From Akkermansiaceae bacterium (GTDB lineage Bacteria > Verrucomicrobiota > Verrucomicrobiia > Verrucomicrobiales > Akkermansiaceae), in contig JBPOGF010000002.1 in NCBI GenBank assembly GCA_051251915.1, forward strand, positions 160,001 through 224,000: a stretch of 64,000 nt of DNA, given 5' to 3'. The notes beneath the pieces were generated by a model. The model saw nothing but the letters and a program-made list of their open reading frames with translations. It was not told where the DNA came from and did no database searches. This document shows positions 1 to 10,206 of the stretch, piece after piece. A program made the translations under genes and the position numbers. Position 1 is the first letter of the stretch; each line of letters opens with the position of its first letter.

Positions 1-3000
1 GTCGTTGCGTGCTTCTGTGCAGATTCTGGAGATGGATGATTCTTCGATGTTGAATGCTTTGGCTGTGGCCGGGATGACGTTTTTGAGGACGGGATCTAGG
101 TTGAGCATGTTTGCTTTCGGGTGTCCTGGGACGTTACGCTGCTTGAGGAATTCTGGATGGCCGATGAGGTCGTCTAGTTTTCTGACTCCTAGTTTTGCCA
201 TGATTTCACGGCATTCTTCTGAGACTGCGTTGAAGAAGTTGACGACTTGTTCTGGGGTTCCTTTGAATTTAGCTCTCCATTTAGGGTCTGTGGTGGCGAC
301 TCCAACTGGGCAGTTGTTGAGGTGGCATTTACGGACGTAGACGCACCCCATGGCGATCATGGCGATGGTTCCGAAGTTAAACTGCTCAGCTCCGAGGATG
401 GCTGCGGTGACGATGTCTTTGCCGTTTTTCATGCCGCCGTCTGTTCTGAGTGTTACTTTAGAACGGAGGTTGTTGAGTAGTAGTGTTTGTTGTGCTTCTG
501 CTAGTCCGAGTTCCCATGGTAGTCCACAGTGTTTGGTGGATGAGAGTGGTGAGGCTGCTGTTCCGCCGTCGTGTCCTGAGATGAGGATGTTGTCGGCTGA
601 TGCCTTTGCCACACCTGCTGCTACGGTTCCTACGCCGGCTTCTGATACGAGCTTGACGGTGACTTTTGCAGTGGGGTTGATTTCTTTTAGATCGTGGATG
701 AGCTGAGCTAGGTCCTCGATGGAGTAGATGTCATGGTGTGGTGGTGGTGAGATGAGCTGGACTCCTGGCTGGGTGTTACGTAGTCTGGCGATGATGCCGT
801 TGACTTTGTGCCCTGGTAGCTGGCCACCTTCACCTGGCTTGGCGCCTTGTGCCATTTTGATTTCTAGTTCATCAGCATTGACTAGGTAGTGTGCAGATAC
901 TCCGAAGCGACCGGATGCGATCTGCTTGATGGATGAGCGTGCTAAGTCGCCGTTAGGGTAAGGGAGGAATCGCTTAGGATCTTCTCCGCCTTCACCTGAG
1001 TCTGACTTGGCGCCGATGCGGTTCATGGCGATGGCGAGGGTCTCGTGAGCTTCTGGTGAGAGTGCGCCCATGGACATGGCTGCTGTGGTGAAACGGCGGC
1101 GGATGTTCTCGATGGGTTCTACTTCCTCGATTGGGACTGGGCCGGATGAGAGTGGGACGAATTCTAGGAGATCCTTGATGGTGACTGGGAGTGTCTCTAA
1201 TGATGCTGCGACGTAGGCTTCGTAGTCTTCTTTTTTGTTATCTTTGACGAAGGTGTGGAAGTTTTTGATAACGTCTGTGGTGATGGAGTGGCGCTCGCCG
1301 GTCTTACGGTAGCGGAAGTATCCTGGGTCACCTAGTGGGAGTGGTTCTGTGGTTGGTACTCCTGTCTCAAGGATGTCTGCGTGGGCGGCGCGGTGGCGGA
1401 TGATGGATTCTTCTGCGATTTCTTTGAATCCGACTCCTGCGATGCGTGATTGGGCTGCGGTGAAGCATGAGTCCATGACTTCTTTGCCGATGCCGACTGC
1501 TTCGAAGATTTGTGCGCCCTGGTATGAGTTGAGGACTGAGATGCCCATTTTGGACATGATTTTGAGGAGACCTTTTTCTAGGGCTTTGCGGTAGTTGGTC
1601 ATGCCTTTTTCTGGTGACATGCCTTCGCCGAGTTTGCCTTTGGTGTCATTTTCAACGATCTGACGGACGGTGGCGTAGCCGAGGTATGGGCATACTGCTG
1701 TGGCGCCGAAGCCGAAGAGGCATGCGATCTGGTGGGTGTCACGAGCTTCTGCTGTCTCAACGACGATGGATGCGCGCATTCTCTTTTTCACTCTGTTGAG
1801 GTGGTGGTGCACGGCTCCTGTGATGAGGAGTGATGGGATGGTGACGCGGTCTGCTGATGCTGCGCGGTCTGAGAGGATGAGGATGTCAATGTCTTCATCA
1901 ACTGTCTTCTCGACGATAGCGCAGACGTTTTCGACGGCGGCCTTGAGGCCTTCTGCTCCGTCTGTGAGTGGCCAGGTGGTGTCGATGATGCGGGATTTGA
2001 AGCCGTATTCGTTCATCTGTTTGATGCGCTCCATTTCCTGTTCGAGTAGGATGGCTGAGTTGAGTGTGAGGACGCGGGCGTGTGCTGGTGACTCTGCAAG
2101 GATGTTGTGCTCAGCACCGAGTCCGGCGGAGAGTGACATGACTGCCCATTCGCGGATAGGGTCGATAGGTGGGTTGGTGACCTGGGCGAAGAGTTGTTTG
2201 AAATAGGTGAAGAGGAGACGTGGGTGTTCTGAGAGGACTGCGAGTGGGATGTCATCTCCCATGGAGTAGACTTTTTCCTGTGCGCCCTGGATCATAGGAG
2301 GGAAGACCATGTCGATTTCTTCTGCTGTTAGACCATTGATGATCTGTGCGCGTGAGAGGCTGACGGGATCGATGTCTGATGCTGGTGCGTGTGGTTCTTC
2401 TGAGACGTAGTCTTTTAGGCGGACTTGATTTTCGTCAACCCAGCGGCCGTATGGTGCTTTCTTGGCGAGGCGTTCTTTGACTTGGCGGTCTTTCTCTAGT
2501 TTACCTGTGGAGGTGTTTGCTACGAGCATTTGTCCAGGTCCTAAGCGGCCTTTCTGGATGATGTTGGCTTCTGAGCATTCGATACAGCCGATTTCTGAGC
2601 CGATGTAGAGTAGGCCGTCGTCTGATAGTGCGTAGCGTGATGGGCGGAGGCCGTTGCGGTCGAGGCCAGCGCAGATTTTAACGCCGTCGGTGAATACGAG
2701 TCCTGCGGGGCCGTCCCATGGCTCAGCGAATGAGCGGTGGTATTGGTAAAATGAGCGGAGGTCTTCTGAGATCTCGGCATCGTGGCGGTATGCTGGTGGT
2801 ACGAGCATGCACATGGAGTGCTCGATCTCGCGTCCTGAGAGTGTGAGTAGCTCGAGGCAGTGGTCGAGTGATGCGGAGTCTGATTCTTTGTCTGATAGGA
2901 GATTTTTTACGAGGTCGATGTCTTTTCCCCAGACGTCTGACTCGAAGAATTCTTCACGGGATGCCATCCAGTTACGGTTACCGCGGACGGTGTTGATCTC

Positions 3001-3768
3001 GCCGTTGTGGGCGAGCATACGGAATGGCTGACCGAGTGGCCATGCTGGGAAGGTGTTGGTAGAGAAACGCTGGTGGTAGACGACGATGGCTGTCTCGAAG
3101 TCTGGGTTCTGCATGTCTAGGTAGAATGCTTTGAGTGTGGCAGGCATGGCGAGTCCTTTGTAGCTGATGAGACGGCTAGAGAAGGATGGCATGTAGAAGT
3201 TAGCGATGTCTGTGGTGCCGTGCTCGATGGTGCGGCGGCAGAGGTAGAGTTGGCGCTCGAATGCGAGTTCATCTAGACCGGCAGGTTTGGCCATGATGAG
3301 GTGCTTGATGACTGGGCAGGATTTCTGGGCTTGGACGCCGAGTTCTTCTTTAGCAACTGGGGTGTCTCTCCAGCCGATGATTTCGATTCCGCGAGCTTTG
3401 AGGGTTTTTTCTGTGAGGGCGATGATGTCATCTGCGGCTGCAGGGTTATCATTAGGTAGGAAGAATACGCCTACTGCTAGGTTAGCTGGGTCGCTGACTG
3501 TGGCGCCGAATTTCTCAGCTTCTTGCTTGAAGAGCTTGCGCGGGATCTGGGAGAGGACGCCTGATCCGTCACCGGTCTTCATGTCTGCGTCTACTCCACC
3601 ACGGTGAGTCATGTTGCATACGGATTCGATGGCTTTGCTGAGGATGTCAAAGGATGGGATTCCGTTGATGTTAGCAATGGCGCCCATTCCGCAGTTATCT
3701 TTCTCATTGGAGAATGAGTGGAGTGAGCCGGAGGAATCTGGTGTGTATGATTGGTGATATGGTGTCAT
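1..3768 (-). CDS. gltB: Glutamate synthase large subunit, 5' part (3' end runs off the window)
   Basis: Not in the ORF track. Manual translation from ATG at 3768: MTPYHQ...EKDNCGMGAIA...MTHRGGVDADMKTGDGSG; later HQRFSTNTFP, AHNGEINT, EPWDGPA, IKQIASGRFGV, MAQGAKPGEGGQLPG, PPPHHDIYSIEDLAQLI. Confidence 0.96.
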   Translation of the reverse strand, partial: MTPYHQSYTPDSSGSLHSFSNEKDNCGMGAIANINGIPSFDILSKAIESVCNMTHRGGVDADMKTGDGSGVLSQIPRKLFKQEAEKFGATVSDPANLAVGVFFLPNDNPAAADDIIALTEKTLKARGIEIIGWRDTPVAKEELGVQAQKSCPVIKHLIMAKPAGLDELAFERQLYLCRRTIEHGTTDIANFYMPSFSSRLISYKGLAMPATLKAFYLDMQNPDFETAIVVYHQRFSTNTFPAWPLGQPFRMLAHNGEINTVRGNRNWMASREEFFESDVWGKDIDLVKNLLSDKESDSASLDHCLELLTLSGREIEHSMCMLVPPAYRHDAEISEDLRSFYQYHRSFAEPWDGPAGLVFTDGVKICAGLDRNGLRPSRYALSDDGLLYIGSEIGCIECSEANIIQKGRLGPGQMLVANTSTGKLEKDRQVKERLAKKAPYGRWVDENQVRLKDYVSEEPHAPASDIDPVSLSRAQIINGLTAEEIDMVFPPMIQGAQEKVYSMGDDIPLAVLSEHPRLLFTYFKQLFAQVTNPPIDPIREWAVMSLSAGLGAEHNILAESPAHARVLTLNSAILLEQEMERIKQMNEYGFKSRIIDTTWPLTDGAEGLKAAVENVCAIVEKTVDEDIDILILSDRAASADRVTIPSLLITGAVHHHLNRVKKRMRASIVVETAEARDTHQIACLFGFGATAVCPYLGYATVRQIVENDTKGKLGEGMSPEKGMTNYRKALEKGLLKIMSKMGISVLNSYQGAQIFEAVGIGKEVMDSCFTAAQSRIAGVGFKEIAEESIIRHRAAHADILETGVPTTEPLPLGDPGYFRYRKTGERHSITTDVIKNFHTFVKDNKKEDYEAYVAASLETLPVTIKDLLEFVPLSSGPVPIEEVEPIENIRRRFTTAAMSMGALSPEAHETLAIAMNRIGAKSDSGEGGEDPKRFLPYPNGDLARSSIKQIASGRFGVSAHYLVNADELEIKMAQGAKPGEGGQLPGHKVNGIIARLRNTQPGVQLISPPPHHDIYSIEDLAQLIHDLKEINPTAKVTVKLVSEAGVGTVAAGVAKASADNILISGHDGGTAASPLSSTKHCGLPWELGLAEAQQTLLLNNLRSKVTLRTDGGMKNGKDIVTAAILGAEQFNFGTIAMIAMGCVYVRKCHLNNCPVGVATTDPKWRAKFKGTPEQVVNFFNAVSEECREIMAKLGVRKLDDLIGHPEFLKQRNVPGHPKANMLNLDPVLKNVIPATAKAFNIEESSISRICTEARND

Positions 3769-3865
3769 GACGGTCGAAATTTTATGGTTATACTTTTGAG
3801 ACTGTGTTTATGAGGGAAGTTAAGCTCAGTAATGTGGTTTTGCCAAGTGAAATTGGGGTCATTTG

Positions 3866-4040
3866 GGGTGATCGGTTAGCGGTGATCAGTGATCGGTGCT
3901 CGGTATGATGAAACGGCTTGGGATTAGGGTGATGGGTTAGCGGTGATCAGTGATCGGTGCTTGGGTTGATGGAACAGCTTTTTTCTACCGCGAAATACAC
4001 TAAATACGCGAAATTTTTCTTTGTGCTTTGGCGGCTTGGG
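3866..4040 (+). repeat. Intergenic repeat cassette: two GTGATC 7-mer blocks (61-nt period) plus a CAC-triplet module
   Basis: GGGTGAT(C/G)GGTTAGCGGTGATCAGTGATCGGTGCT at 3866 and 3927; ACCGCGAAATACACTAAATACGCGAAA at 3987-4013. Confidence 0.85.
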
Positions 4041-4132
4041 GTGATGTAGAAGGTGGACGAAGTTTAGAATATTCTAGCAGTATATGAGCCAACTTTTGGG
4101 TGGGGTGATGGAGCGGTTAGGGTTTTTACCCA

Positions 4133-4170
4133 AAGAAAAACCCTACGCTGCGTGGTGCAGAGTAGGGTTT
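4133..4170 (-). terminator. Intrinsic terminator of the PEP-CTERM gene
   Basis: AAACCCTAC-GCTGC..GCAG-AGTAGGGTTT stem followed by a U-tract on the - strand, about 40 nt past the stop. Confidence 0.75.
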
Positions 4171-4210
4171 GTGGTGGTGATATTTTTTATATTTAGCAGG
4201 CTGCTAGAAT

Positions 4211-4981
4211 CTAGCGGCGTCTGCGTAGGATGAAGCCGAGGGTTCCTAGTCCTAGTAGTGCTGTTGAGCTTGGCTCAGGGACGGCTACGATTTGAAGCCC
4301 TCCGAGGGTGGCGAATCTTTCATTAGTAGGGTCAACAACGACTGCTATGTAGTCAGTGGTGTCAGTGATGGTGACTCTGGTAAGAGCGTAGTTCAGTCCA
4401 TTAACCCATGTTGTGGTGCCTGTAGCATCACCGATGGCGGTTGTTGTTAGCTCTGTTGATGCGCTTGAGATGCTGTTGCCATTTGCTGCTGTGAAAACAC
4501 CGATGCCGACGTCATAAGTTCTGGTTAGCTCGTTAGGTTCTTTCGTGATGGCGTAAACATCATATACACCTACTGCTAAACCTGTGATTCTAGCTCCGAT
4601 GTCAGCGTTGTTGCGATCGAAGACCCAGTCATCAGTTAAGTCTGAATCATAGATGCCACCTTGAATATCCGTATTCTGAGAAGGTCCTCTTGCGTCATTG
4701 CCTGTGAAATCTAGGACTGTTCCTGAAGCGTTCTCATCGGTAGCTCCGAGCTCAAGAGTGACTCCAAGAGCTGCTGTTCCGTCTCCGTATAGTAAGCCGC
4801 TGAATACATCTGCATTTGCATTACCGTTCCAGACAGTATCGGCGATGGCTGCTGGAGCATCATTTCCTGAATATGTTCCAACGGTAGTGCTATCGAAGTC
4901 GATTTGGAGCGATACCGCGGCTTGTGATGACGATGCTACGCCGAGTAGCGTAGCTATTATTAAGGGTGTTTTTATGTTCAT
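4211..4981 (-). CDS. PEP-CTERM surface protein
   Basis: Signal peptide (SQA-AV); C-terminal VPEPSSTALLGLGTLGFILRRRR. Confidence 0.93.
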   Translation of the reverse strand: MNIKTPLIIATLLGVASSSQAAVSLQIDFDSTTVGTYSGNDAPAAIADTVWNGNANADVFSGLLYGDGTAALGVTLELGATDENASGTVLDFTGNDARGPSQNTDIQGGIYDSDLTDDWVFDRNNADIGARITGLAVGVYDVYAITKEPNELTRTYDVGIGVFTAANGNSISSASTELTTTAIGDATGTTTWVNGLNYALTRVTITDTTDYIAVVVDPTNERFATLGGLQIVAVPEPSSTALLGLGTLGFILRRRR

Positions 4982-5233
4982 AATGTAGTTTTGTATTTAT
5001 GTGAATATGAGGTCGTCTCATAGTCTATGTGTCTGTGTATTTTTGTTGTGTGTCTGTGTCTGAGTTCAACACATGGGGAGTGTATATTGGGGAGAATTGA
5101 GAAAGTGGCAAGGTTTAAATTGAGTGTGGTGTGTCTGTTAATTGTTGTATTACAGGTTGTTTTGGTGGGTGATTGGTGGGTGTTTTTTATTGTTAGGTAG
5201 AGGGTAACTGGATTTGCTGCTTTATGAGAAAAC

Positions 5234-5259
5234 AATAAAAGAGCTTAATGTCTTTTATT
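5234..5259. promoter_or_regulatory. Candidate operator palindrome upstream of nnrS
   Basis: AATAAAAGA-N8-TCTTTTATT perfect 9-bp inverted repeat ending 14 nt before the ATG. Confidence 0.5.
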
Positions 5260-5273
5260 TGTGGGGTGGTGGG

Positions 5274-6464
5274 ATGAAGCGGGTGGCTAGTGAGCCGTAT
5301 CGGGTGTTTTTTCCGGTGGCTATTTTGGCGAGTGTGCTGGGTGTGATGATGTGGCCGATGTATTATGGTGAGTATTTGGGGTTTTATCCGTTGTTGGGTC
5401 ATGCGAGGGTGATGATTGAGGGGTTTGTGGGTGGATTTGCGGTGGGTTTTCTGGGGACGGCGTTGCCAAAGATGCTGGGGGTGGCGGGGTTTAGGTTGTG
5501 GCAGGTGTTGGTGATGTTGGTGTTGCATGTTGGGTTATGTGTGGCGCATTTGGTGGGTGAGTGGCGTGTGGGTGATGGGTTATTTGTGGGGTTGATGCTG
5601 GTGTTGTTTGGGTGTGTGGTGCCTAGGGTGTTGGGGCGGAAGGAGAGTCCTCCGGCTGGGATGGTGTTGGCTGGGATGGGGTTGTTGTGTGGGGTGTTTG
5701 GGGCTTTTTGGGGTGCGTTTTTGTTGGATATTGGTGGAGAGAATGGATTTTTATTTAGTCAGCGGTTGTTATATCAGGGGTTTATTTTGTTGCCGTTGTT
5801 GGGGGTGGGGAGTTTTATGTTTCCGATGATTTTGGGGACGGAGGATGATGGGGAGTTGAGTGGTAGAGATTGGAGGCGGAGGGCTTGTTGGGCTTGGATT
5901 GTGGGGGTGTTGATTGTGGGGTCTTATTATGTTGAGGTGATGGGGTATGCGCGGGAGATGTCTTGGTGCCGGTTAGTGGTGGCGGGGTGGTGGTTGTTTG
6001 GTGCGTGTGGGTGTTTGCGGTGGAAGATTAGTAAGGGGGTGATGGCTCATGGGTTGCGGGCGGGGGTAGGGTGTTTGTTGTTGGCGTTGTTAGCTAGGGG
6101 TGTGATGGAGCATTATCGGGTGACGCTGGATCATATTTTGTATATTGGTGGGTTTGGGTTGATCACGATGATTGTGGCGACTCGGGTGATTTTTGGTCAT
6201 AGCGGGCAGGGGGATAAGTTTAAGCGGTGGTTGAAGCCGTTGGTGGTGTGTGTGGCGCTGGTTTTGCTGGCGATGGCGACGCGGGTTTCTGCTGATTTTA
6301 TTCCGGTGATGCGGGTTTCACATCATGTTTATGCGGCGGTTTGCTGGGTGGTGGTGAGTGTGATCTGGGGGGTGGCTGTGCTGCCTTCTGTTAGGAGGAC
6401 GCCGCCGGTGAAGCGGGAGGTGAAGGGGTTTGATTTGATGGATGTGGATTTTAGGGAGAAGTGA
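5274..6464 (+). CDS. nnrS: NnrS-family membrane protein
   Basis: EPYRVFFP, HARVMIEGF..GFLGTALP, HILYIGG, MIVATRVIFGHSG motifs; many TM helices. Confidence 0.8.
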   Translation: MKRVASEPYRVFFPVAILASVLGVMMWPMYYGEYLGFYPLLGHARVMIEGFVGGFAVGFLGTALPKMLGVAGFRLWQVLVMLVLHVGLCVAHLVGEWRVGDGLFVGLMLVLFGCVVPRVLGRKESPPAGMVLAGMGLLCGVFGAFWGAFLLDIGGENGFLFSQRLLYQGFILLPLLGVGSFMFPMILGTEDDGELSGRDWRRRACWAWIVGVLIVGSYYVEVMGYAREMSWCRLVVAGWWLFGACGCLRWKISKGVMAHGLRAGVGCLLLALLARGVMEHYRVTLDHILYIGGFGLITMIVATRVIFGHSGQGDKFKRWLKPLVVCVALVLLAMATRVSADFIPVMRVSHHVYAAVCWVVVSVIWGVAVLPSVRRTPPVKREVKGFDLMDVDFREK

Positions 6465-6478
6465 TTTTTTGGGGGAGA

Positions 6479-6600
6479 GGGTGATCGGTTAGCGGTGATC
6501 AGTGATCGGTGCTTGGGTTGGGGGCTTGGTGCTTTGACCTGCGGTGCTGGACCACGAATCTGCACTGATTTACACGAATGGTGGGCGATGGAGCTTGGGT
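6479..6600 (+). repeat. Intergenic repeat cassette (7-mer block, GACCTGCGGTGCT linker, CAC triplet)
   Basis: Near-identical to the 3927 block; linker 6536-6548; ACCACGAATCTGCACTGATTTACACGAAT 6551-6579. Confidence 0.85.
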
Positions 6601-6652
6601 TGGTGGGGGATTTTTTTCTTGTGGTGGGTTGGGGGAGGGGATTGAATGGGGT

Positions 6653-8113
6653 ATGATGAATCGTTTGAGGAGGGTTTTTGTTTTGGTGGGGTTGTTGGGG
6701 GTGATGGAGTGTGCTGCGCGGCAGCCGAATATTGTGCTGATTTATGCTGATGATTTGGGTTATAAGGATGTGGGGTATCAGTCTGGGGGGAAATTTAAGA
6801 CGCCTGTTCTGGATAGGTTGGCTAAGGAGGGGATGGTGTTTACTGATGGGTATTCTAATGCGGCGAATTGTCAGCCGGCTAGGGCCTGTTTGTTGTCTGG
6901 GAATTATGGGGGTCGGCATCATGTGTTTGCGGTGCAGAGTACTAGCCGTGGGCCGAAGAATAAGATGCGGTTGATTCCGGTGCCTAATAAGGATGGGCTG
7001 ACGGATGATGATAGGACGGTGGCGGATGTGCTGAGGGGTGCAGGGTATGCGACTGGGCATTTTGGGAAGTGGCATTTGTATGATGCGAAGGGGAAGCGTG
7101 GGGGTGGGGCTTTGCCTACTGCGCAGGGGTTTGATGTGAGTTATGATAGTTTTGGTGATGGGGCGCTGCCTGAGGGGGCTAAGGGGAATAAGACTGGGCC
7201 GAAGAGTGATCCGAAGGGGGTGTTTGATTTGTCTAAGCAGGCGTGTGATTTTATGGAGGAGAATAGGGATAGGGAGAAGCCGTTTTTTGTGTATTTGGCG
7301 CATCATGCTCCGCATGGTCCGTATCAGGCGCGGGAGTCAACGCGGAGGGAGATAAAGGATTTGTATATGGCTTGTGTGTTTGATCTGGATGCGAGTGTGG
7401 GGCGTGTGGTGGATAAGGTGAAGGAGCTGGGGTTGGAGAAGGAGACGTTGATAATTTTTACGAGTGATAATGGTGGGACTGGTTCTCAGGAGCCATTGCG
7501 GGGTAATAAGGGGAGTTATTATGAGGGTGGGATACGTGAGCCGATGATTGCGTTATGGCCGGGTGTGATAGAGGCTGGTAGTGAGTGTGCTGTGCCGGTG
7601 ATCCAGGTGGATCTGATGCCTACGTTTGCTGAGGTGGCGGGTGCTAAGGTGGTGAAGGATGTGGTGGATGGTGAGAGTTTGGTGGGGTTGTTTAAGGGGG
7701 GTGGTGAGTTGAAGCGGGAGTCGATTTTCTGGCATATGCCGGGGTATCTGGATAAGCCGGTGACGCGTGGTAGGGATGAGATTTTCCGGACGCGGCCTGT
7801 GAGTGTGATGCGTAAGGGGAAGTGGAAGCTGCATTTGTATCTGGAGGAGTGGGTGCTGGATGGTGGTGCAGCGAGTGTGGCGACGAATAATGCGGTGGAG
7901 CTTTATGATCTGGAGAGTGATGTGGGTGAGCGTGAGAACTTGGCGGATAAGATGCCGGAGCTGCGTGATGCTTTAATTAAGGAGCTGGAGGCGTGGCAGG
8001 TGTCTGCGGGAGCGCCGGTGCCTAGTGAGGTGAATCCTAAGTATGATGCTGATGCTGTGGTGCCGGAGAAGAAGGGGAAAAAGAAGAAGAAAACGAAGGA
8101 TGGGAAAAAGTAG
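6653..8113 (+). CDS. Cys-type (formylglycine-dependent) sulfatase, exported
   Basis: Signal peptide, PNIVLIYADDLG, CQPARACLLSG (CxPxR), GKWHL, FTSDNG, KGSYYEGGIR; Lys-rich C-tail. Confidence 0.93.
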   Translation: MMNRLRRVFVLVGLLGVMECAARQPNIVLIYADDLGYKDVGYQSGGKFKTPVLDRLAKEGMVFTDGYSNAANCQPARACLLSGNYGGRHHVFAVQSTSRGPKNKMRLIPVPNKDGLTDDDRTVADVLRGAGYATGHFGKWHLYDAKGKRGGGALPTAQGFDVSYDSFGDGALPEGAKGNKTGPKSDPKGVFDLSKQACDFMEENRDREKPFFVYLAHHAPHGPYQARESTRREIKDLYMACVFDLDASVGRVVDKVKELGLEKETLIIFTSDNGGTGSQEPLRGNKGSYYEGGIREPMIALWPGVIEAGSECAVPVIQVDLMPTFAEVAGAKVVKDVVDGESLVGLFKGGGELKRESIFWHMPGYLDKPVTRGRDEIFRTRPVSVMRKGKWKLHLYLEEWVLDGGAASVATNNAVELYDLESDVGERENLADKMPELRDALIKELEAWQVSAGAPVPSEVNPKYDADAVVPEKKGKKKKKTKDGKK

Positions 8114-8175
8114 GTCCTAGGTGGTTAAGTTCACTGATTTAGTTGCTTGGGATGCGGGCGGTTTTGTGGAGTGGA

Positions 8176-9357
8176 TTATGAATTATCTGGGAGCTGGAGG
8201 GGTAGTTGGTAGGTGTTGTTTTTTTTGCTGGTTTGGGTTTTGGTCGTGATTAGGAGGTGGATTTCTTTTTCTGAGGAGCCTGTGATGGCGTGGGTGGTGG
8301 TGCCTGTGATGACGGATTTTTCTGGGGCTTTGTAGGTGTCTTGGATTGGGGTGGTTTTGAGGATTTTCTTTAGTTCTCTGGCGTTTTTTGTGGCAGTGGT
8401 GAAGATTTGGAATTCGTCAGCGGTGCGGTGGTTTGTTAAGAGGAGCCAGTGGTGGGTTACGAGGGTAAGCTTGTAATTCCAGGTAGAGAGGATGACGTAG
8501 TCGTCGCCTATTTTGTGGAAGAGTGAGTTGAGGAATTTTCTAATAAAAGTGAACCCGAAGATAACGAAAGGGATGAGGAATATGGTGAGGATGTATGCAA
8601 GTGGGTTACCTTCTATGTGCATTCCTATTGCTACGATGACGAAGACTGAGATGATTCCGTTAGCGAAGAGGATGAGGAATAGGTAGGTTAGAGAAGTGAG
8701 GGAGTGGTGGCGTTTTAGGAAATTGATTTTGGTATGTTGGTGGGAGTTTAGGTTCTCGTCAGAGAGTGCTTTGTGGAGTTCAGGTGCGGAGTTTCTGCTG
8801 GCGATGACGGCGGCTTCTAGCCAGGCTTGTTTTTGGATTTTGAAGGCAAGAGGATTGAGTAGAGCGTAGAGGAGTGCTAGAGTTCCAACGGTGAGGAAAG
8901 GTATGGAGAATGGGAGTGCGATCCAGTTGGTGATGACCATGTTGCGTTTGTAGACGCTTTGTTCTGGATTGTGTGGATTGACCCAGATGGGGATTTTGCT
9001 GCCTTTGGGGTAAGATTTCGCGGTTTTTCTGTAGGTTTTTGTGCTGAAGTTTCGGCCTGCTTTGGTGAGTTCGAATCGGTTGCCTTGGTATTGTTTTCCT
9101 TGGTATTGGTAGTTGTATTTGAGGTTGATGTTTAGGGCTCCGTCATTGTTTTTTAGTTTGGATTTAGTGACGTGGGCTTCTATTTGGATCCAGTCATTGG
9201 CTTGGCGGGATTCTAGGAAGGGGGTGAGGAATTCTGTGGTGAATATGAGGATGCCTCCGAAGCCGAAGATAGCGGCGAAGAATAAAGCGAAAAGGGTGGA
9301 GTTGAAGGTTGATTTTTTGACTCCGGAGTCCCTGATGATTTCGGTGAGGAGTGACAT
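8176..9357 (-). CDS. Membrane protein with DUF3592-like domain
   Basis: TM-W..A.V..S...Y.Y.Y.G..Y.G.R...YPKG..I..WVNP.NP..SV-TM pattern. Confidence 0.65.
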   Translation of the reverse strand: MSLLTEIIRDSGVKKSTFNSTLFALFFAAIFGFGGILIFTTEFLTPFLESRQANDWIQIEAHVTKSKLKNNDGALNINLKYNYQYQGKQYQGNRFELTKAGRNFSTKTYRKTAKSYPKGSKIPIWVNPHNPEQSVYKRNMVITNWIALPFSIPFLTVGTLALLYALLNPLAFKIQKQAWLEAAVIASRNSAPELHKALSDENLNSHQHTKINFLKRHHSLTSLTYLFLILFANGIISVFVIVAIGMHIEGNPLAYILTIFLIPFVIFGFTFIRKFLNSLFHKIGDDYVILSTWNYKLTLVTHHWLLLTNHRTADEFQIFTTATKNARELKKILKTTPIQDTYKAPEKSVITGTTTHAITGSSEKEIHLLITTKTQTSKKNNTYQLPLQLPDNS

Positions 9358-9384
9358 GTTAGAGTTGCTCTGGGAGGAGGTTTT

Positions 9385-10197
9385 TTATTGCCAGTCTAGG
9401 GGGTTTACTCCGTAGTAGTTGGTTAGGAGGGTGTAGAGTTTGGGGTGTTTTTGTTGGAGTTGGTGGGGTTTTTCGTAGAAGGTTTCGGTGGCTACGGCGA
9501 AGAATTCTGCGGGGTTTGTGGCGCCGTAGGAGTCTAGGACGGTGCGTTTGTTTTCGGAGCTGCGGGAGATGAGGGTGTCGAATTCTGGTTTCATGATGGT
9601 GGCCCATTCTCGGTAGCAGCTGCGGGTTTCTAGGAGGGGGACGCCGTCGCCAGCGCCGTCTTGCTGGTCTAGCTGGTGGGAGAACTCGTGGATGGTGACG
9701 TTGTGGCCGTCTTCTGAGTTTCTGCCTCCGCTGAGGACGCTGGACCAGGCGAGGACGACGGAGCCGGTGGTCCAGGATTCTCCTAGCCGGACGGATTCTT
9801 CACCGTAGTCACCGGTGGCGATGTAGGCTTCTGGGTAGAGGCGGATGGTGCGGAGCTTGGCGTAGAGGTCGTGGGGTTTTCTGAGGAGGAGTAGGCAGGC
9901 TTGGGCGGCGATGACGTGCTGCATGTGGGGGGTGATTTCGTCTAGTCCGCCGCAGGGCTCGAAGGCTTTTTCTGAGATGAAGACGTGGATGAGGCCTTCT
10001 AGTTCTTGTTGGAGGTCTTGGGGGAGGGTGAGGTAGAGGGGGAAGTCATGGCCGAGTTCGGTGCGTTGTTCTGGTGTGAGGCGTAGTTTGGCGATGGTGT
10101 GGCGGCGGATGATGCGGTTGTGCTTGATGCGGCGGATGAGGAGGATGGGGATGAGGAAGAGGAGGGCGTAGAGGAGGATTTTGATGAGTGCGGGCAT
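9385..10197 (-). CDS. M90/MtfA-family zinc peptidase
   Basis: IAAQACL, LGESW, HNVTIHEFSHQLD, YGATNPAEFFAVATETFYE. Confidence 0.9.
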   Translation of the reverse strand: MPALIKILLYALLFLIPILLIRRIKHNRIIRRHTIAKLRLTPEQRTELGHDFPLYLTLPQDLQQELEGLIHVFISEKAFEPCGGLDEITPHMQHVIAAQACLLLLRKPHDLYAKLRTIRLYPEAYIATGDYGEESVRLGESWTTGSVVLAWSSVLSGGRNSEDGHNVTIHEFSHQLDQQDGAGDGVPLLETRSCYREWATIMKPEFDTLISRSSENKRTVLDSYGATNPAEFFAVATETFYEKPHQLQQKHPKLYTLLTNYYGVNPLDWQ

Positions 10198-10206
10198 TTG
10201 GGAAAT

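Noticed and set aside
5..3607. + strand ORFs in the track across 1-3.6 kb
   Set aside because: Antisense shadows of gltB, which the track misses because it runs off the window
6329..7315. Long His/Pro/Ile/Arg-rich antisense ORFs (also 19500-20357, 58433-59011 and many others)
   Set aside because: By-product of the strand bias opposite genes with clear family motifs
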